The notes: generated by a model from the letters alone, not told the origin. A stretch of 60,415 nt of DNA, filler included, from Sphacelaria rigidula (GCA_964200075.2; 6 parts of 6 records of this genome joined end to end with filler, not necessarily neighbours in it); one strand, 5' to 3'; numbered from the whole stretch's first letter, positions 1 through 13,711 are shown. Made by a program: numbers and translations.

Positions 1-1159
1 GTTGCTGCTTTCAACGACGATCTGACTCGACATTTCGAGCAAAAAATGGCCCAAAATACCCCCCCCTATCGTAGGATGACTCTTTTATAACAATATTGAC
101 AACGAGAACCAACCGCCACCCGTGCAACATGACGCTGTGCACCTAGGCAGACGAGTTGGAACTGATGACGGGGCTGCTGCGCCGGTACCTCTGGGCGCTT
201 TCACCTCGCAAAACATGTAGGGATGGGAGCGTGGGGGTGATTCGCGGTTCACATGTCTGCACGGAATGTTGTAGTATGAGTACGTGGAACGATCAGATTA
301 GCGAAAGGAACGGGGATAATGCCGGGTAAACACGTTGAAGGCTAGAAATGTTAGTCGGCGCAGAGAGTCAGTTACTACGCGGCAGTGATACAGCTGTGGG
401 TATCGTGTGTTGTGTGCTGTTGTGTTATTATCCCATCTTCAGGGGGTAGAAGGCGACAAATAGCCAGGGCAATTGATCCTCAGAACAGGTGTGGCCTGCA
501 TGCTGCCGCTAAACTTCGTCAGGTGAGGTTTCCAAGCCGCGTATTATTCAACCTGGGCCTGCCATACAACAGAGGCTGCGCCGCCAAAACGTGCAGTCTT
601 GTGAAACATTTTGTGTTCACTCACCAATCTTGACTTGCAGCAAAATCCCATCGCCAGGTAGGAGGACAGGCTCAGGAAACGGTTGCCAGTTCGTCCTGAG
701 GGATATCATTTCGCGCGGGGGAACAGTGTTCCAAGTATAAAAAAAATCACGTTGATGAACCGTCGACTTCTCCCATGAGCCAAGCTGTGGATTCGGCACC
801 CTCCGACGCGGCAAGATGCCTAGGAAGTCCTGTAGCTCTTTTCAGTACTCCTATATCTGCTCTTTATTCGTTGTTACCGGAGGAACGTGCCCTGGTCATT
901 TAATGAGCTCAAGGCTCATGGTTAATCGTCGTGAAGACCGGATGCTCCACCAGAGCACCTGCTAAACGACACTATGAGCAGCTCTGCACCACAAGACGGA
1001 AAAAATAGGTTGGTCTACCTACATGCCCCACAAACGACGGGAAATGCATCGAGTGGTACACCAACGTGATGAACCAGGCGAGCGATGTTCTCCGTAATAC
1101 CGGTGTGTCAGTGCTTAATCGTCCGTTGCACTGAGGCGTGCCTGTTGTCTCAAGGGAGT

Positions 1160-1290
1160 GACTGTGTTGTGTGTGTTGTCGTCCCATCTATTCTGGGCGC
1201 CAGTCTACACCTCGCGGTATATGTGGGTGCACCAGCCGGGGTCACACAGGAGGGAGGTCAACACAGGAGTTTTTCATTTGAGTGACAAGT
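1160..1290 (-). mobile_element. SINE 3' fragment
   Basis: cgtcccatctattctgggcgccag...ccagccggggtcacacagga matches 4988-5085 and 45960-46065; GT-rich tail on the left. Confidence 0.65.
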
Positions 1291-1568
1291 TCTTGTGTTC
1301 TTGACCAACTCAAACGTTCTCTGGGGAGTGCTACCTTTGCTTTTCTTCTTCTATGAAAAGACGGGATTCACCAACCAAATGTCGCTCGCAAGCGGATAGT
1401 GCACCTTCCGTTGCATCATGGAGCACGTGGGGGAGGGTGGGGGGGCATCACGTTTCACACAACTAGCTAGAACGCTACAGACGGCATCGACTTCCGGGTA
1501 CAATGAGTCCACATATTTGTTTATCATTTCCTCCTTCTCGCCCTCCTCAAATTAATGTTGTTGAGATT

Positions 1569-1792
1569 TGTGACGCCAGCCAGAAGAAGGACTGGTGGAT
1601 CACTGCTGTTGAGGGACTCCTCAGTCTTAGTGGCCTCAGTTTCAGTTGCCAGCCTTTACAACATTCTCATTATTCAGGAGTGCCCTTGTAGGCACAGCGT
1701 CCTAGACACGCCAGGGTATCAATCTGGTGCCCCTGGTAATTATTATCCAGATCATCACTACCATCTCCAGGTAACCGCGTAATTTCGTCCCA
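1569..1792. mobile_element. solo LTR of a gypsy family related to the 14010-14268 LTR
   Basis: TGTGACG...CGTCCCA termini, 4-bp TSD GATT on both sides, colinear similarity to 14010-14268. Confidence 0.8.
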
Positions 1793-3189
1793 GATTATGT
1801 TGTTCTAGAAGGTATCCCGCTCGATGCCGTGTGAGAAAGCAACCCACTACTACCCCCGGGTTCGATTCGCGGCATGTCGGGTCAGGGTAGCCTGAGGTAC
1901 TGCGCTCACCTCTATCATGAGATGCAAGCTCGATGACATTTCCCTCCATCGATGTGGCCGTTCTTCTCTCCGTGGCTTCGTCGAGCCCGCTCACGATAAA
2001 AGGGCAAGAATCAGGCATGAAAAAATTGCCTCCTGCGAGAAAACCCGACGATTGTGTCGAAACCGCACGCCCTATCGAACCAAGGCAAAGCGAACATGTG
2101 AAACGAAGTCAGATAAGAGAGCGATCGTCACAAAACAACAGGAGGAGTTGTGATACTACTGTGGCGCCCTGAGTTCATTATCCTCTGGTATTGTGCATGG
2201 AAACTATTGAGCAGATCTGACAAAGTGGGAGTGAGAATAATTGCCAAAGTGGTTGGATACATTATTTGGATCGTGCAGGATACGGAGAATAATTGAATGT
2301 GTGCATGGTCAATATTAATCCTTCATCACTATTTACGAGTCCGATTACCATGTGGGCGTTAACACTAACCGTCATTGTGATTGATGGTGCTCCAGACTGA
2401 CGTACCATGTCTTGATTCATGGTCGTGATCATTGTTGGACTTTGTTGCTCGAGGGCGATCCTTCAGGGTGCATTTTCAGCGAGTTTCTTGCAGTTACCAG
2501 GAATACCGGATCGTGGATGGATAATTTTGTCGGTCGAAGTGTGTGTGATCTGGGACCAGCTGACGAGACATTTCATGAGTTAAGGTGCTGTTGTCTTCGC
2601 ATGAAAAACCGTTACGATATCCGCGCAGTACCTTGTAACTTCTGTACTGGGCATCTGATGCGGGCGCCTTCCGTGTCACAGGGTAACCACCCAAAACAAG
2701 GCACTGAAAAATGAAATAAAAACACAACACTCGTAGTTGCGATATAATGCAATACGAAACAATAACAACCCCAGAGGATCCCAGAGGATCCGGTACCGCA
2801 GACGATCATTGGGACTGATGGAGCAAGAAGCGAACCAAACCAAGAACCGAAGATCACCAGTCAGAAAAAAGATCTTTTGATTTATCTTTGTACTCCTGCT
2901 TGGCTGGGGTGTAGCTATGAAGTGCAAATGATGGAGGCTCGTTTATCCATCCGTAATATTTGATGCCTTTTGTCAGGGCCAGGCTCTGAAATTTGGCACG
3001 CATATACAGCGGATCAACGCAAATCTTTCGAAGATTCCCGTCTTTTGATTGTTCGCTTCTCAACGGGTTAACGGGGGTCCAGCAGTACACACGATCTTCC
3101 AGAACCCTAGGACCTCCCACTACCTGCGAAAAACGAAAAATCGAAAGAAACTTACCCTTGAAAGTTTGTCAGGGGGCCGCTTTGTATTA

Positions 3190-3600
3190 TGGTAAAAATA
3201 TGAAAATCAGAGAAATTGTCATATCGAAGCTTACGAGTCGCTTTACAATCTAAGAAGGGAGATATTTAATAGGAGGATGTTCACACATTGGAGTGCCATG
3301 CTTTAGCCGTTGAGACGGTTTTAGAACCCCTGTACCTTTCCGGTGGCCGCAATTTTTTTCTTGGCCAAATTTTCATTTTTGTTCGAGACTGCCCATTTTT
3401 CTCGGAGACCGGTGAACTCCACACAAATACTGCGGCCACCGGAAAAACACACAGGGGTCCTGAAGCCGTCTCAACGAGTAAAGCAAAGCATTTCAAAGTG
3501 TCAATATCCTTCTTTTCAAAATCCACCTAGCGTCCTTTTAGGACGTAACGCGACGCAGAAGTTCCAAAAAGACAATTTTCCTCATTCAATTTTGTCATTG
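3190..3600. repeat. diverged foldback (long inverted repeat), probable MITE
   Basis: 3283-3355 pairs with 3425-3500 (ccgttgagacgg...ccggtggccgca / tgcggccaccgg...ccgtctcaacg); weaker pairing continues outward. Confidence 0.7.
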
Positions 3601-4980
3601 CCACGAGAAGCGGCCTGAGCCACGTGTTTACGTGCAAAGTGTTCGAGTCTAACCCCAAAAAACGGCGAGAGAGGGTTTTCGCTCGTGTCCGACGAAGCGA
3701 GCATCAAAGTCCTTGATTTTGGTAACAAAACTGACTTTTCGGGTACGTTTAACCCTCAGACAGCGACCTCCCTGGACGTTGACTAACACGGACTGTGACA
3801 TATTTGGGGTTCAAACGAGCTCCTATCTTGCTGCGTACAACACGCCCCCTTTCATGAACATGTGGATGTTGGGCATCTGTGCAGAAAATAATCCCGGAGA
3901 ACCCATTCACGGTAGACCCTGCAGTCTATTGCGTGCAGAACTGGTATGAATGTTGTATGCATATCTTCACTAGACAGAACGGCGATAAACGGTCAGCGTA
4001 CCATCGCTTTCCACTGAACACAGTCTGCTGCATGCTACTGATTTCTCTGCTCATAGTATTCCACAACAGTACAACAGCGTGAACCTATGCTAGCAACAAG
4101 TGAGGGGTTAGGTAGGCGGCATAGACCGTAACCAGAGTACAAGGCACGTTATTGGGCGCATGTCGTGTATGGTTGAACTGCCATATGACCAAAACTGCAA
4201 AGTAGTCCGTCTGTAATGCGCCTGCAGGGGAACAGGTTTACCATTTTGATAGCGGTGAATGGTCAGAATGGTCATTCCGCCCCTCTCGGGCCTCGCTCTT
4301 CGCTTATAAGTTTCCATGGGAAACCTCCAAACACGCATGGTTGACTCGGTGAGCGTTTCGGCTGTCCCGCGAACAGGCCCCCACCCCCTGTCAGAAACCA
4401 CCACCTCGCGCCCTGGAAACCCTCGGATGTCCCTAGACCGTCAGCCTGTGAAAATGTTCCGAGACGACGCTCGCTGTCTTAGGGTTAACGTGAAAACCCC
4501 TCATTGCATCCCTCCTTCCAGTTCCGCAATGAAGATTTCTACGAATATTCCACGGATTACCCCAGGACTCATAAACAGTTCAATTTTTGTGTTTGAGGCA
4601 CTATAAACCGGCTTCCGGGGGTCTTCACTTCGGTACCCTCGGAAGCCCGTGAACAGCGAAGGAACTTAAAAACTTCCGACCCGTTTTGCCATTTTGAGCA
4701 CCAACACTTACGGAGGTGTGATGTATGAGGGCAGCCGGACCTTCCCTTGAAGAGATAGAATGGAAACCGTCTGGAGAATTTCTGGACCTTAAGTGCACAT
4801 CAATGGAAATCTAACGACGTCACAACCCCACATTGCCGAAATATCACACGGATTTCCGCATAATTCGATCGCATGACACCCTTTTTTTCAATCATGTTTT
4901 TTCCCGTCGGATTCCTGAGCTGGAAGCGGTTACTGCGACTTTGAGACAAAATATATATTGAGTAGAAATTGGGTCCTTCG

Positions 4981-5325
4981 GTGTTGTCGTCCCATCTAGT
5001 CTGGACGCCGGTCCACACCTCTCGGTACATGTAGGCGCACCAGCCGGGGTCACACAGGAAGAAGGCCCACGCAGGAGTTTTCTTCTCATTTTTTAGCTGG
5101 TTTTGGGAATCCATTTTAATTACTTCTGAGATGCTTACCGTATTATTTTTTTCCCGGAGAGGGGTTCAGCGATCTCTTTGCCTCGTCGACCGCGAACTAC
5201 TATTACCCACGATATAGTTACCCCTCACTGTTGGGCATGGAGTTGGCAAAAGTCCCGGGCCTTGTGACCTCACCGAGATTCAAACCCATCACCCAACCGT
5301 CAGAAGGTTTCGAGGGAATTCGTAC
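4981..5325 (-). mobile_element. tRNA-derived SINE
   Basis: minus-strand B-box-like GGTTTGAATC near 5285; body shared with 45960-46290 and 1180-1283. Confidence 0.65.
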
Positions 5326-6557
5326 TTTTAAAGTCAGAACTATTTGACGGGCGCTGATTCCCCGAGATACGTTTTTGCCTTCAGCGCCACCGATCTCACC
5401 TTGACACAAACCCACGACCATGTCACCCTCATCACCGTCGACCGTACCGTACTGCTAGTTGTTGCATGCACCACGCCATCAGTTGATCGAATGCCATTCA
5501 TTACTTGGTGCCCGAGGACGACTCTGATGGTTGCACGTGTTTTCTCTCCCTCGTTCTGATTGGTCAAGGGCTAATACTCTCTTCCCATCAGCCGCAAAAC
5601 TATTCTCGCGAAAACTAATCCGGTTAATAATGTTTTCCTCGCGAGAACGGAGGAACAATCCTCCAATGAGAATGCGAAACGGGACGTAAAAGGGTTGCCG
5701 CGCGTGGGCTGCGGGGCTCATCATGGGGTGCACAGCTGGCTTTCCTATCAGCAGATGCCGCAAGTGGACCACACACCCAAGCTGCACAGCTCTCAAAGAG
5801 AGATACGCATGGCTACTTCTCCGAGCATTTTGCCAAGTGAGAAAGCATGGCCCTACCGGTGGGTAGTACGGGCAGGGATTCCCAGCCGGGTGGCAGCCAC
5901 TCGCGAGGCGCATCGACAATGTCGCACGGTCGAAGCACAGATGGTCAGCAGTGTCGGCACCGGCTGACTCAGCCTTACTCCCAACCGTACACAGCTACTG
6001 GTGGTAAAACCTGCTCGAGGATGATGATGGATCTTACACCCCTGTCTCATCAAACTATTCTTCGACCGTGAAATTACGGTTCAACACAGCAAAATTGATC
6101 CGATTAGTCGTCATTTCAACATGATCGAATGACGTGGCATAAAAGGCGACCGATCCTGATCAATCAGATAAAAAAATCATGTCGATAAGACGCGCCCCTG
6201 GACCGTGTCTTGGAGCGTGCCTTAGCGCATTATGTTTTCTATCGAAAACGTGCGTTTTTTTTTCTTTCCGATCTGATGGGTTCACCGCATGTCTGTTTCA
6301 TGTTGATGAGTCGCCGCAACCACAGACTCGCCCGACGATCAATCAGCATGATGCTGTGGACGCTTGTTCCTCTCCATGCTTATTTTCTTTGTATGTATGA
6401 TGATACACGGCCCTACCATGCACTTTGCCTGTGCTACGAAAGGTGGGCGATGTCGTGATCATGAGGTTGTGAGCCGTCACATTATCATCACTGCCACACT
6501 TCCATTTTCATCTTCTTGTCTCGGCAGAATGGGGCCTAATGTTTTTTTTTTTTGTAT

Positions 6558-6690
6558 CGAAAACGTCCGCTGGAATCGAATTCGCCCGTACCTGATACGT
6601 CCACATCACTTACTTTCTCAGATGGTCGAGAGCATATATACCGTAGACGTTTCGGGTACGAGCGAATTCGATTCCACCGCACATTTCTTG
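6558..6690. repeat. inverted repeat/hairpin, about 47-bp arms
   Basis: tggaatcgaattcgcccgtacc pairs with gggtacgagcgaattcgattcca. Confidence 0.75.
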
Positions 6691-7029
6691 AACTTTTTTC
6701 CGCATGCGCTTTTTCGGTCATTTTGGGCTTTATTCCCATCCATAACGGTAATGGGGTTCAATTTGGGGAAGTTTCGGGCACTACATTCCGGGAAAATGTG
6801 CATCGAAACCTGTCCAAAGAAGAAAAGAAGCCTAAATCAGCCAATCAGCATCGATCACAAGTACACGCGTTCCCTCGGAATAACGACCTGGCCCATATGA
6901 AATGTACCACGAGTATATACATTCGTATAACAACCTGCACATCTGCACACAGCGTTAAAACATGAGGATGGAAGCGGCTACTCGTGTTGTGCCCCCGTTG
7001 TTGCACATGTGCCAATCTCTCATCGCGGA

Positions 7030-7380
7030 TTTCTCAGCAGCAAAGCAGAGGATTGGACTGCAGTTTCTTGCGCACGCTTGCCACTCACCCACACTAGAGA
7101 ACCAGGCATTTTTTTTCCTTGACGCGTTACGCAAACGCCGAACCAAGCCAAAATGTACTCAAATGGGGTGTTACCCCCCCCCGGTTTTGGGGGCTTTTTG
7201 GGTCCGCTGTGGCGAATTGAGCAAAATCCCTCCTTGAATCCCTAGCTTTTGTGTGCGTGCGGGGGGGTGTAAAGTGCCGCGGGCCGGCTTGCTTCGTGTG
7301 TTGAGAGAAATGCGATGAAAGTGCTACAGCTATCGCATACTAAACCAAGTTTATTAGGAATAAAGCGTGTGCCCTTCTCG
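7030..7380 (+). repeat. dispersed repeat, homologous to 32220-32560
   Basis: shared ggattggactgc.gtttcttgcg and gccggcttgcttc...gtgctacagct...catactaaaccaagtt blocks. Confidence 0.7.
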
Positions 7381-8022
7381 GAACAGCTGATGACGTTTAG
7401 GGCCCTTCTCGTCGAAGGGGGGGATCTTCTCCTTTATCAAAATCCCCTCCTTTTGACAAGGGATTAGGCCCATAACGACCAATTTTGAGTCCTATCGAGA
7501 AGCAGTTTTAGGCTGGCTTTTGTTTCTTTTGCATTTTCTTTCAACATATGTTTTTCGAGATTTTAGAGTGTCAGAGGCATCAAAGCCAAGTTTTACATAA
7601 ACATAAATGTGTAATACAGTAGTTCACATCAGACGGCGGCTCTCGCCACTACACGGACGCGAAAAAGGCGTATGAGTCGCGCATATTCCACCAAAATACG
7701 GATAAAGCAGCGCATAATTTTCTCTTTAGATGTGAGTCCCCCTTGTGAGAAGAGTCAGGGGGGGTGTCATGTGGTGAGAATTTTCAATCTCGGATGTGAG
7801 TACGTGAGAGTGCTTCTACCATGAGAGGCACATGTTAGATGATATAGATATTGCAGTGCTGGCTTGTCTCTGGTATGACCAACGGGTACGAGCAGTGTAT
7901 GTCTTGGGCGAATGAACGAGCGCCCACATGAGCTGTATCGTTTCAGAGACGCGAGTGCGTGATGGTCGCTATCTTGTTGTGACGTGGAATCATACGAGCG
8001 TGGAACGATACATGTATATGTA

Positions 8023-8490
8023 TTCACACCCTGGACAAAAGACATGGTAATGATCTATTGCTGCACAAATAGATACGGTGGTGATCATACTGATATCCAT
8101 TGCGGAAAACAATGATCCCAACATATATTTGGTAATATCCATCGATTGCTGGAAACAATGTACTGGGTGATGTTCTCATCGATACATATCTTCGCTGGCA
8201 AATGATGTGTGAAATATTACACCGATGGGCACTGGTCGGTAACGATAAATTTTGGTTCATGCCACCGATACACATCGTGCATGGAAATGGACACCGAAAA
8301 GTTCATGTCAATACACATGGTCGTTCGCCATAGATTCCGCAAAATTCCATCGATATACATGGTCAGTAACAATGAATTTTCGAAACGTTCCATCGATACA
8401 TGGCCAACGGCAATAGATTTTTGCGGTGTCCACCGATAGACATGGCTGGTAGCGATAGATTTTGGACTTTTCCATCGCTGTGCATGGTTC
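8023..8490 (+). mobile_element. TIR element end with a 42-43 bp periodic CGATANACATGG-like motif array
   Basis: terminus TTCACACCCTGGACAA identical to 47571-47586; motif starts at 8180, 8223, 8266, 8309, 8351, 8394, 8434, 8476. Confidence 0.65.
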
Positions 8491-8836
8491 ATGCCAAAAT
8501 ATTTCACGGGGTTCCGTTATTGTACACTGCGGTAGACGAATACATTGAAAATCCTCTAGAGGATTACGAATACCCAAGATCCTCGAGGGGGGATTTCAAA
8601 ACGGACGGAACCGAGGATGGCGATTGGAAATTCCTCTACAAGATAGCCGAATGGCCGCGTGTGTTTGGATCGAAAACATGCGGTCGAAAGGCACGAAGCG
8701 GCACTTGACTCTTTTCTTACAGACCCCAACGCCAAATAACACCTGTTCACAGGACCATGCAAACTCCATCCAACCCATTCTCAGCTGCCACCGCAACCCT
8801 GCAGCATATAGCACGAAATGAGCACAGGGATAGATA

Positions 8837-9671
8837 CACTGCAGTAGCTGGGTATACTTTGTTTATTTTCTGTTGTGGACAACCGAGTTGCGTGCACGCT
8901 CATGGGCAGTGCAGGCAGTAAGTACAAAGGTGCACGTTGCCGAAGTCCTTTTCACGTCGCATTGTAAGCAGAGAGAACTGATAGCCCTGGGCTGTTTGCA
9001 CCGCAGGTTTCCCGCTTCTCCTTTATATCCTCCTGCACGAAACACGCATACACGCACTCAAGACATCCTGCTTGCAAGCAGTGCGGACAGTATACCATAG
9101 ACTGTACTGTACACGAGTGACCGTGTGCCGTTTCACGATTTTCACTGTCTATTTTTGATCGAAAGCTAGAAAATCCATCTGGACCCAACGGTATCAATGC
9201 GAGAAAATTTCGCTCAGATCGATTCCACCGCCCCATTTTTCGACCAAAACAAAAGTACCAAGACAGGCCATCAGGTGGAGTTTCAAGCTTTCGATCGAAA
9301 AAATGCAGTAAAATTCGTGAAACGCCACATGGTCACTCGTGTACAGTACAGACAGTCGATACTGTCTGCACTGCTCGCGAGCAGGGTGTCTTGAGTGCGT
9401 GTGTGCGTGTTTCGTACAGGAGGATATAAAAGAGAAACGGGCAACGCGCAGTGCAGACAGCTCAGGACTATCAGTCCTCTGCTTACAGCGCGACGTACGT
9501 GAAGAAGACGTCAGCAACGTGCAGCTTTGTGCTACCTTCACGGTCCATGAGCGTGTACGCATCTCGATTGCCCACCGTACCACGCAGTTCCCTCGCTGAT
9601 TTCTACCATGAGAGAAGATGCGCAAGTTTCGCCAACAAAAAATAAACAAAGCACACCCGAGAACCGCAGTG
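8837..9671. mobile_element. foldback MITE with about 340-bp inverted arms
   Basis: 8837-9185 is the reverse complement of about 9270-9671 (cactgc...gcagtg ends); the mirror ORFs 8863-9057(-) and 9339-9599(+) reflect this; related arm at about 15990-16320. Confidence 0.85.
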
Positions 9672-9988
9672 TTGGATATCATATCGAAAGTTTCGACACA
9701 ATATCGTATTGAAATATCGTTATCGTTATCGCATGGAAAACATTTCGATAAAACGTGCGGTGTGATTATTGGGCTTTGTCGAGTCTGGGCAGGTGTGCTC
9801 CTTGGCTGCTGTGGGAGATCTTGATTAGGTAAATTTCGATGGGAAATAGGGCCATATATCCCAACTTTCTTGCCCCCGTCGGCGCCTCCCGCTGGACTCC
9901 CTCACGAGCCGGGGGGGGGGGGGGGGGGGGGTTGGGGCCCCCCCAGGGGGGGGCGCCGCCGCGCTCCCCCCCCGTTTTTGCTTTCCCG

Positions 9989-10088
9989 NNNNNNNNNNNN
10001 NNNNNNNNNNNNNNNNNNNNNNNNNNNNNNNNTTAATTAATTAANNNNNNNNNNNNNNNNNNNNNNNNNNNNNNNNNNNNNNNNNNNN
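9989..10088. other. artificial contig linker
   Basis: N44-TTAATTAATTAA-N44, stop codons in all six frames. Confidence 0.98.
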
Positions 10089-10181
10089 CCACGGACCAGT
10101 CCACGTCGCCATCAATTTTGGCGTAACTCTCGGGCGACGCACATGTGCATACAACACATAATCGCCTACCCCGAAATTCGG

Positions 10182-11198
10182 CTATTCCAGCCCCGACGAA
10201 GACCCCTCACATCTACCCGCACGCTCAGCGGCAGCACGCTCCTGCACTTGAACGTGGAAACTTTCCTGCAACTCCAAACCTCCTTGCAACGCACGCTTCA
10301 GTTGCGCATCGTCCAAGACATCACAGTGCCACTCCCCCGCCGATGAGGACGCCAACACCGAGAAAGACGTCCGAGGTGCACGACCAAACATCACGTGATA
10401 CGGTGTACTATCGTACCGACGGCGATATGCTGTATTTAGCGCCCATTGCACAGCGGGCAGCACGTCCACCCACTCGGTCACCTCTCGACGCTACTCGAGA
10501 AGAATATATCGAAGAGCACGAAATACTTCCTTGACCATGCGTTCGCACGTGCCGTTAGACCACGGAGAATATGCTACCGCAAAGTGGTGATCAACGTGTG
10601 ATACCTCTCGCAAGCGGGTCAAGATCGTGTTCTTGAAATGCGTGGCGGTATCACTCACCCACACACGTGACACCCCCAAAGGTTTGCACCAATTCAGCAA
10701 AGATGCAGCGGTCGAGTCAGCAGTACACACTGCTACTGGTTCCAGAGCCGCAAAGTTGCTCAAATCATCCATGATTGCCAAAATTTATCGAAACCCAGCA
10801 TCCTCCGACAAACCTTGGGAAGCTAGCGGGTCACTTTCGCCCACGTACAAGAAGTCAAAATAAACGACTTCATTCGGTGTGGTCCCATGGACCGTTTCGC
10901 CGAGCGGGCGGGGAACAACATCGCCTGCCCTCGAGTCAGCACAGTGAAGACACTGGCGGACAAATTCGCGTACATGGGTTTCTATCCCCTGCCAAGCACA
11001 AAACGCTTGCAAGCGCCTGAGCGTCGCAGCCACACCACGATGCCCGGCGTCGCGCATGTACGCGCAAATCATCAGACGTGCCTGCAATTGCTTGTCAGAC
11101 CTCGGGATCCACAAAACGTTTCGGCCACGCACATGCACACGAAACAGACCTTCATTGTACAAGATAGCAGTACCAACGTCCGACTCGGAAGATTGCAC
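10182..11198 (-). pseudogene. gypsy integrase (frameshifted)
   Basis: degenerate HHCC finger and DDE motifs across ORFs 10785-11198, 10491-10781, 10182-10481. Confidence 0.9.
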
Positions 11199-11875
11199 AT
11201 CCGCATCTTCGGCCCCATGTTGCGCTTGGCGGCAACAGATTTGGACGGCATCCAGTCATCAGGTTCACACGGACCATACACAGCCACAGCGTGCACAGGC
11301 ATTTGAATGTCAACTGTAGGCATCTGCATTACCGAACCACCCCAATGGCACTCAGATGCATACGGAAACATTGACACCTGACAATCAGGACGAGAATGGA
11401 ACAGCGTCACGGCATGAACCACCAGATCCTTCGCTGCTGCCCACGCCGGCAGCCTGCCGCCCATCCACGATGCAGCCTTCTTCGGAAACGCCATATTATC
11501 TGGGCTGGACCATCCCGCCTGCAAATTCCGTACTACCAACCCGAGCGCCAAAAGAGCCGCCGTGCACAACGCCAACCAACTCGACTTCACTGGATCGTAC
11601 CACCGCGGCGGACGCCCCAGATTTTGGATGAACACGCATGGGCTCCACGCGCGCAGGAAGATCACCCCGCAGCGCACGATGAAACACGTTGACGCGGCAA
11701 TGCAATATGCCTCGTAGGCGCTCCGCTTTTGAGACGCTGAGGCCTTTCACCACAGCATCCGCACGCTCTCCTCCAGCGCAACCTTCCGAGCAGACTCCTC
11801 TTCTGCCCGGTCCATGAACACATCCGGGCCACGCTATACTAAGCGTTCTACCGCCGCATCCCGCTCCTCGGTCAC

Positions 11876-12478
11876 CTACCTCCCAGTCTCCTGGAGAGCA
11901 TCAACCGACAAGCTCACGCGACGACTGCCCAAAAAAGCAGGCGTCTCGACACTCGAACCGGGCGACGACATTTGCGTTTTTAGGGACTCTAACAGCCGAT
12001 CATACGGATCGACTCCGAGTTGCCGAAGCGTCGGTAAGCCCAACAGAACGACACCACCCGTCCCCGGCATGACCGCGAACGATATCGGGGGTAATTTCGC
12101 TGGCCCCCAGGTAGTCCTGTACGCCAACTGTAGGGGAGTCGTACGCTCCCTGACATTTATACGTTGCCCCGATGCGGTGATGGCCTGCCGCGCCCCGAGC
12201 GAGAACGGAATGCGGATTTGCTCACCAGGAAGTAGACGCTCCAGGATCTCCACGATAAGCATCGACACGCTCGTGAAATGGGCGCCTGGATCCAACACAG
12301 CATTGACCGATACGGCTCCCCGCGCCCGTTGATTTGGGGAAAATATCTCTGCAGGGATATGTTTTTCTTGATCCTCGACCGGCACCTGCTCCGTCGACTG
12401 ATTGGTTGTGATACTCACTCGGCGCCACGGCTGCGCGTGCGGCGCAAGCATAGACGCCCCCGCTGGGGTAACCGGCAC
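11876..12478 (-). pseudogene. gypsy aspartic protease region
   Basis: VNAVLDPGA...VVLLGLPTLRQLG. Confidence 0.8.
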
Positions 12479-12595
12479 CGCCGGCGGGTACGAAGCCCCG
12501 CCCGCAGAACCAAATTACAGCGGTACTCCGGCCGACGCAGCAGCGTATCCAAATTTCAGCTGAAATCCGGCCGGCTCAGCAGCAGGCGTCTCGCC

Positions 12596-12747
12596 TTACT
12601 CTGCTGCCAGCGGCGCCGGCACCGAGCCCGACACTTGAGTGGCCGGTCCCATCTGCACCGCCCGTTGCGGAGCAGCAGCCCCTGCGGCTGAGCCGGGCCC
12701 AGAACCGGACCCCTGCTGACCCCGCTGCCCCTGCTGCCCCTGCTGCC

Positions 12748-12779
<32 letters not shown>

Positions 12780-13711
12780 GAACTCGACTGCACACCTCCA
12801 CCGCTGGAGGATCCGCCTCCGCCACCACCCCGATTACCGTTTCCTCCTTTGTGACTGCGAGGGCGCGCGGCACTTGTCTGCCCAGACTCCCCCTCGGAAG
12901 GCGTTGGGCACTTGCGTGCGGAGTGGCCTACCTGGCCACACTGAAAGCAAGTGATATTGGCGGCGGCACTGCTTGCGAATTTTGATCCGCGGTTACACGA
13001 GCTCGAAGACTGCGGCGACAAAGTGGGTGATTTCCCGAATACTTCAATTTTCCGCCATGCCTGAGCCTCAGCCACCACGGTATCCATAACTAAACATGGG
13101 TCTGACTTCCAATTGGTTTCGTGCTGTTATTTCACAAGCACGGCCTGTTTGAATTCCGCCGGTGCCAGACCCTCCACCATCGCTTTCGAGATCAGCGCAG
13201 TGGGCCCTGGACGGAATTTCCCATCGGAGGAACGATAAACCATCTCGACATTGGTATTTTCCGAAAAAGATGTCTCCAACTTTCCCATGATTGGCTCCAC
13301 TCTCTCACGCATGGTCTCCCCCTTGTGGTTCAGGGCGACAGCCTTCGCCACGGGCGCGGACGCCTGGGTTAGTTCCACCTCCGCGCCCGCCGCATGCCCT
13401 GCGTGCTTCTTGATCGCTGCAGCCAATTGCAGTGGTGTTATTGTGTTCTTCTCGTGGAATCTTCTGGCAAAAACGCGTTGGAGGGGGGTAGGCACGAGTT
13501 GCGCCACTGATACCACCTGATGCCTTACCGCACCCCTCCCTTTCGCATGCTCCACCCGCTTCTTATATTCCACATATTTCGTATAAAACGAACGAGAAGC
13601 ACAATCAGAATACAAATTCTCGTAACTGGGAGACTGCAACTCTTCTCTCAAAACAACTGGGGCTACGGTCGCCTCCGCTGGCTCTTCGGTCGGTACCTTC
13701 GTTGTCGACAC
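12596..13711 (-). pseudogene. gypsy gag with CCHC zinc knuckle (split)
   Basis: ORFs 13127-13711 and 12596-13087, CX2CX4HX4C motif. Confidence 0.85.

Noticed and set aside
2150-2870. Possible retroelement remnant
   Set aside because: No convincing motif or paired LTR could be identified by eye
385-9830. Short ORFs across contig 1
   Set aside because: No recognisable domains; most overlap MITEs, SINEs or an LTR
9900-9988. G/C homopolymer hairpin or G-quadruplex
   Set aside because: Low-complexity sequence at a contig end, likely poor base calls
10033-10044. TTAATTAATTAA as a biological motif
   Set aside because: Six-frame stop linker repeated identically in all five gaps
12700-12780. PolyQ host gene
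   Set aside because: CAG-type tract inside gypsy gag
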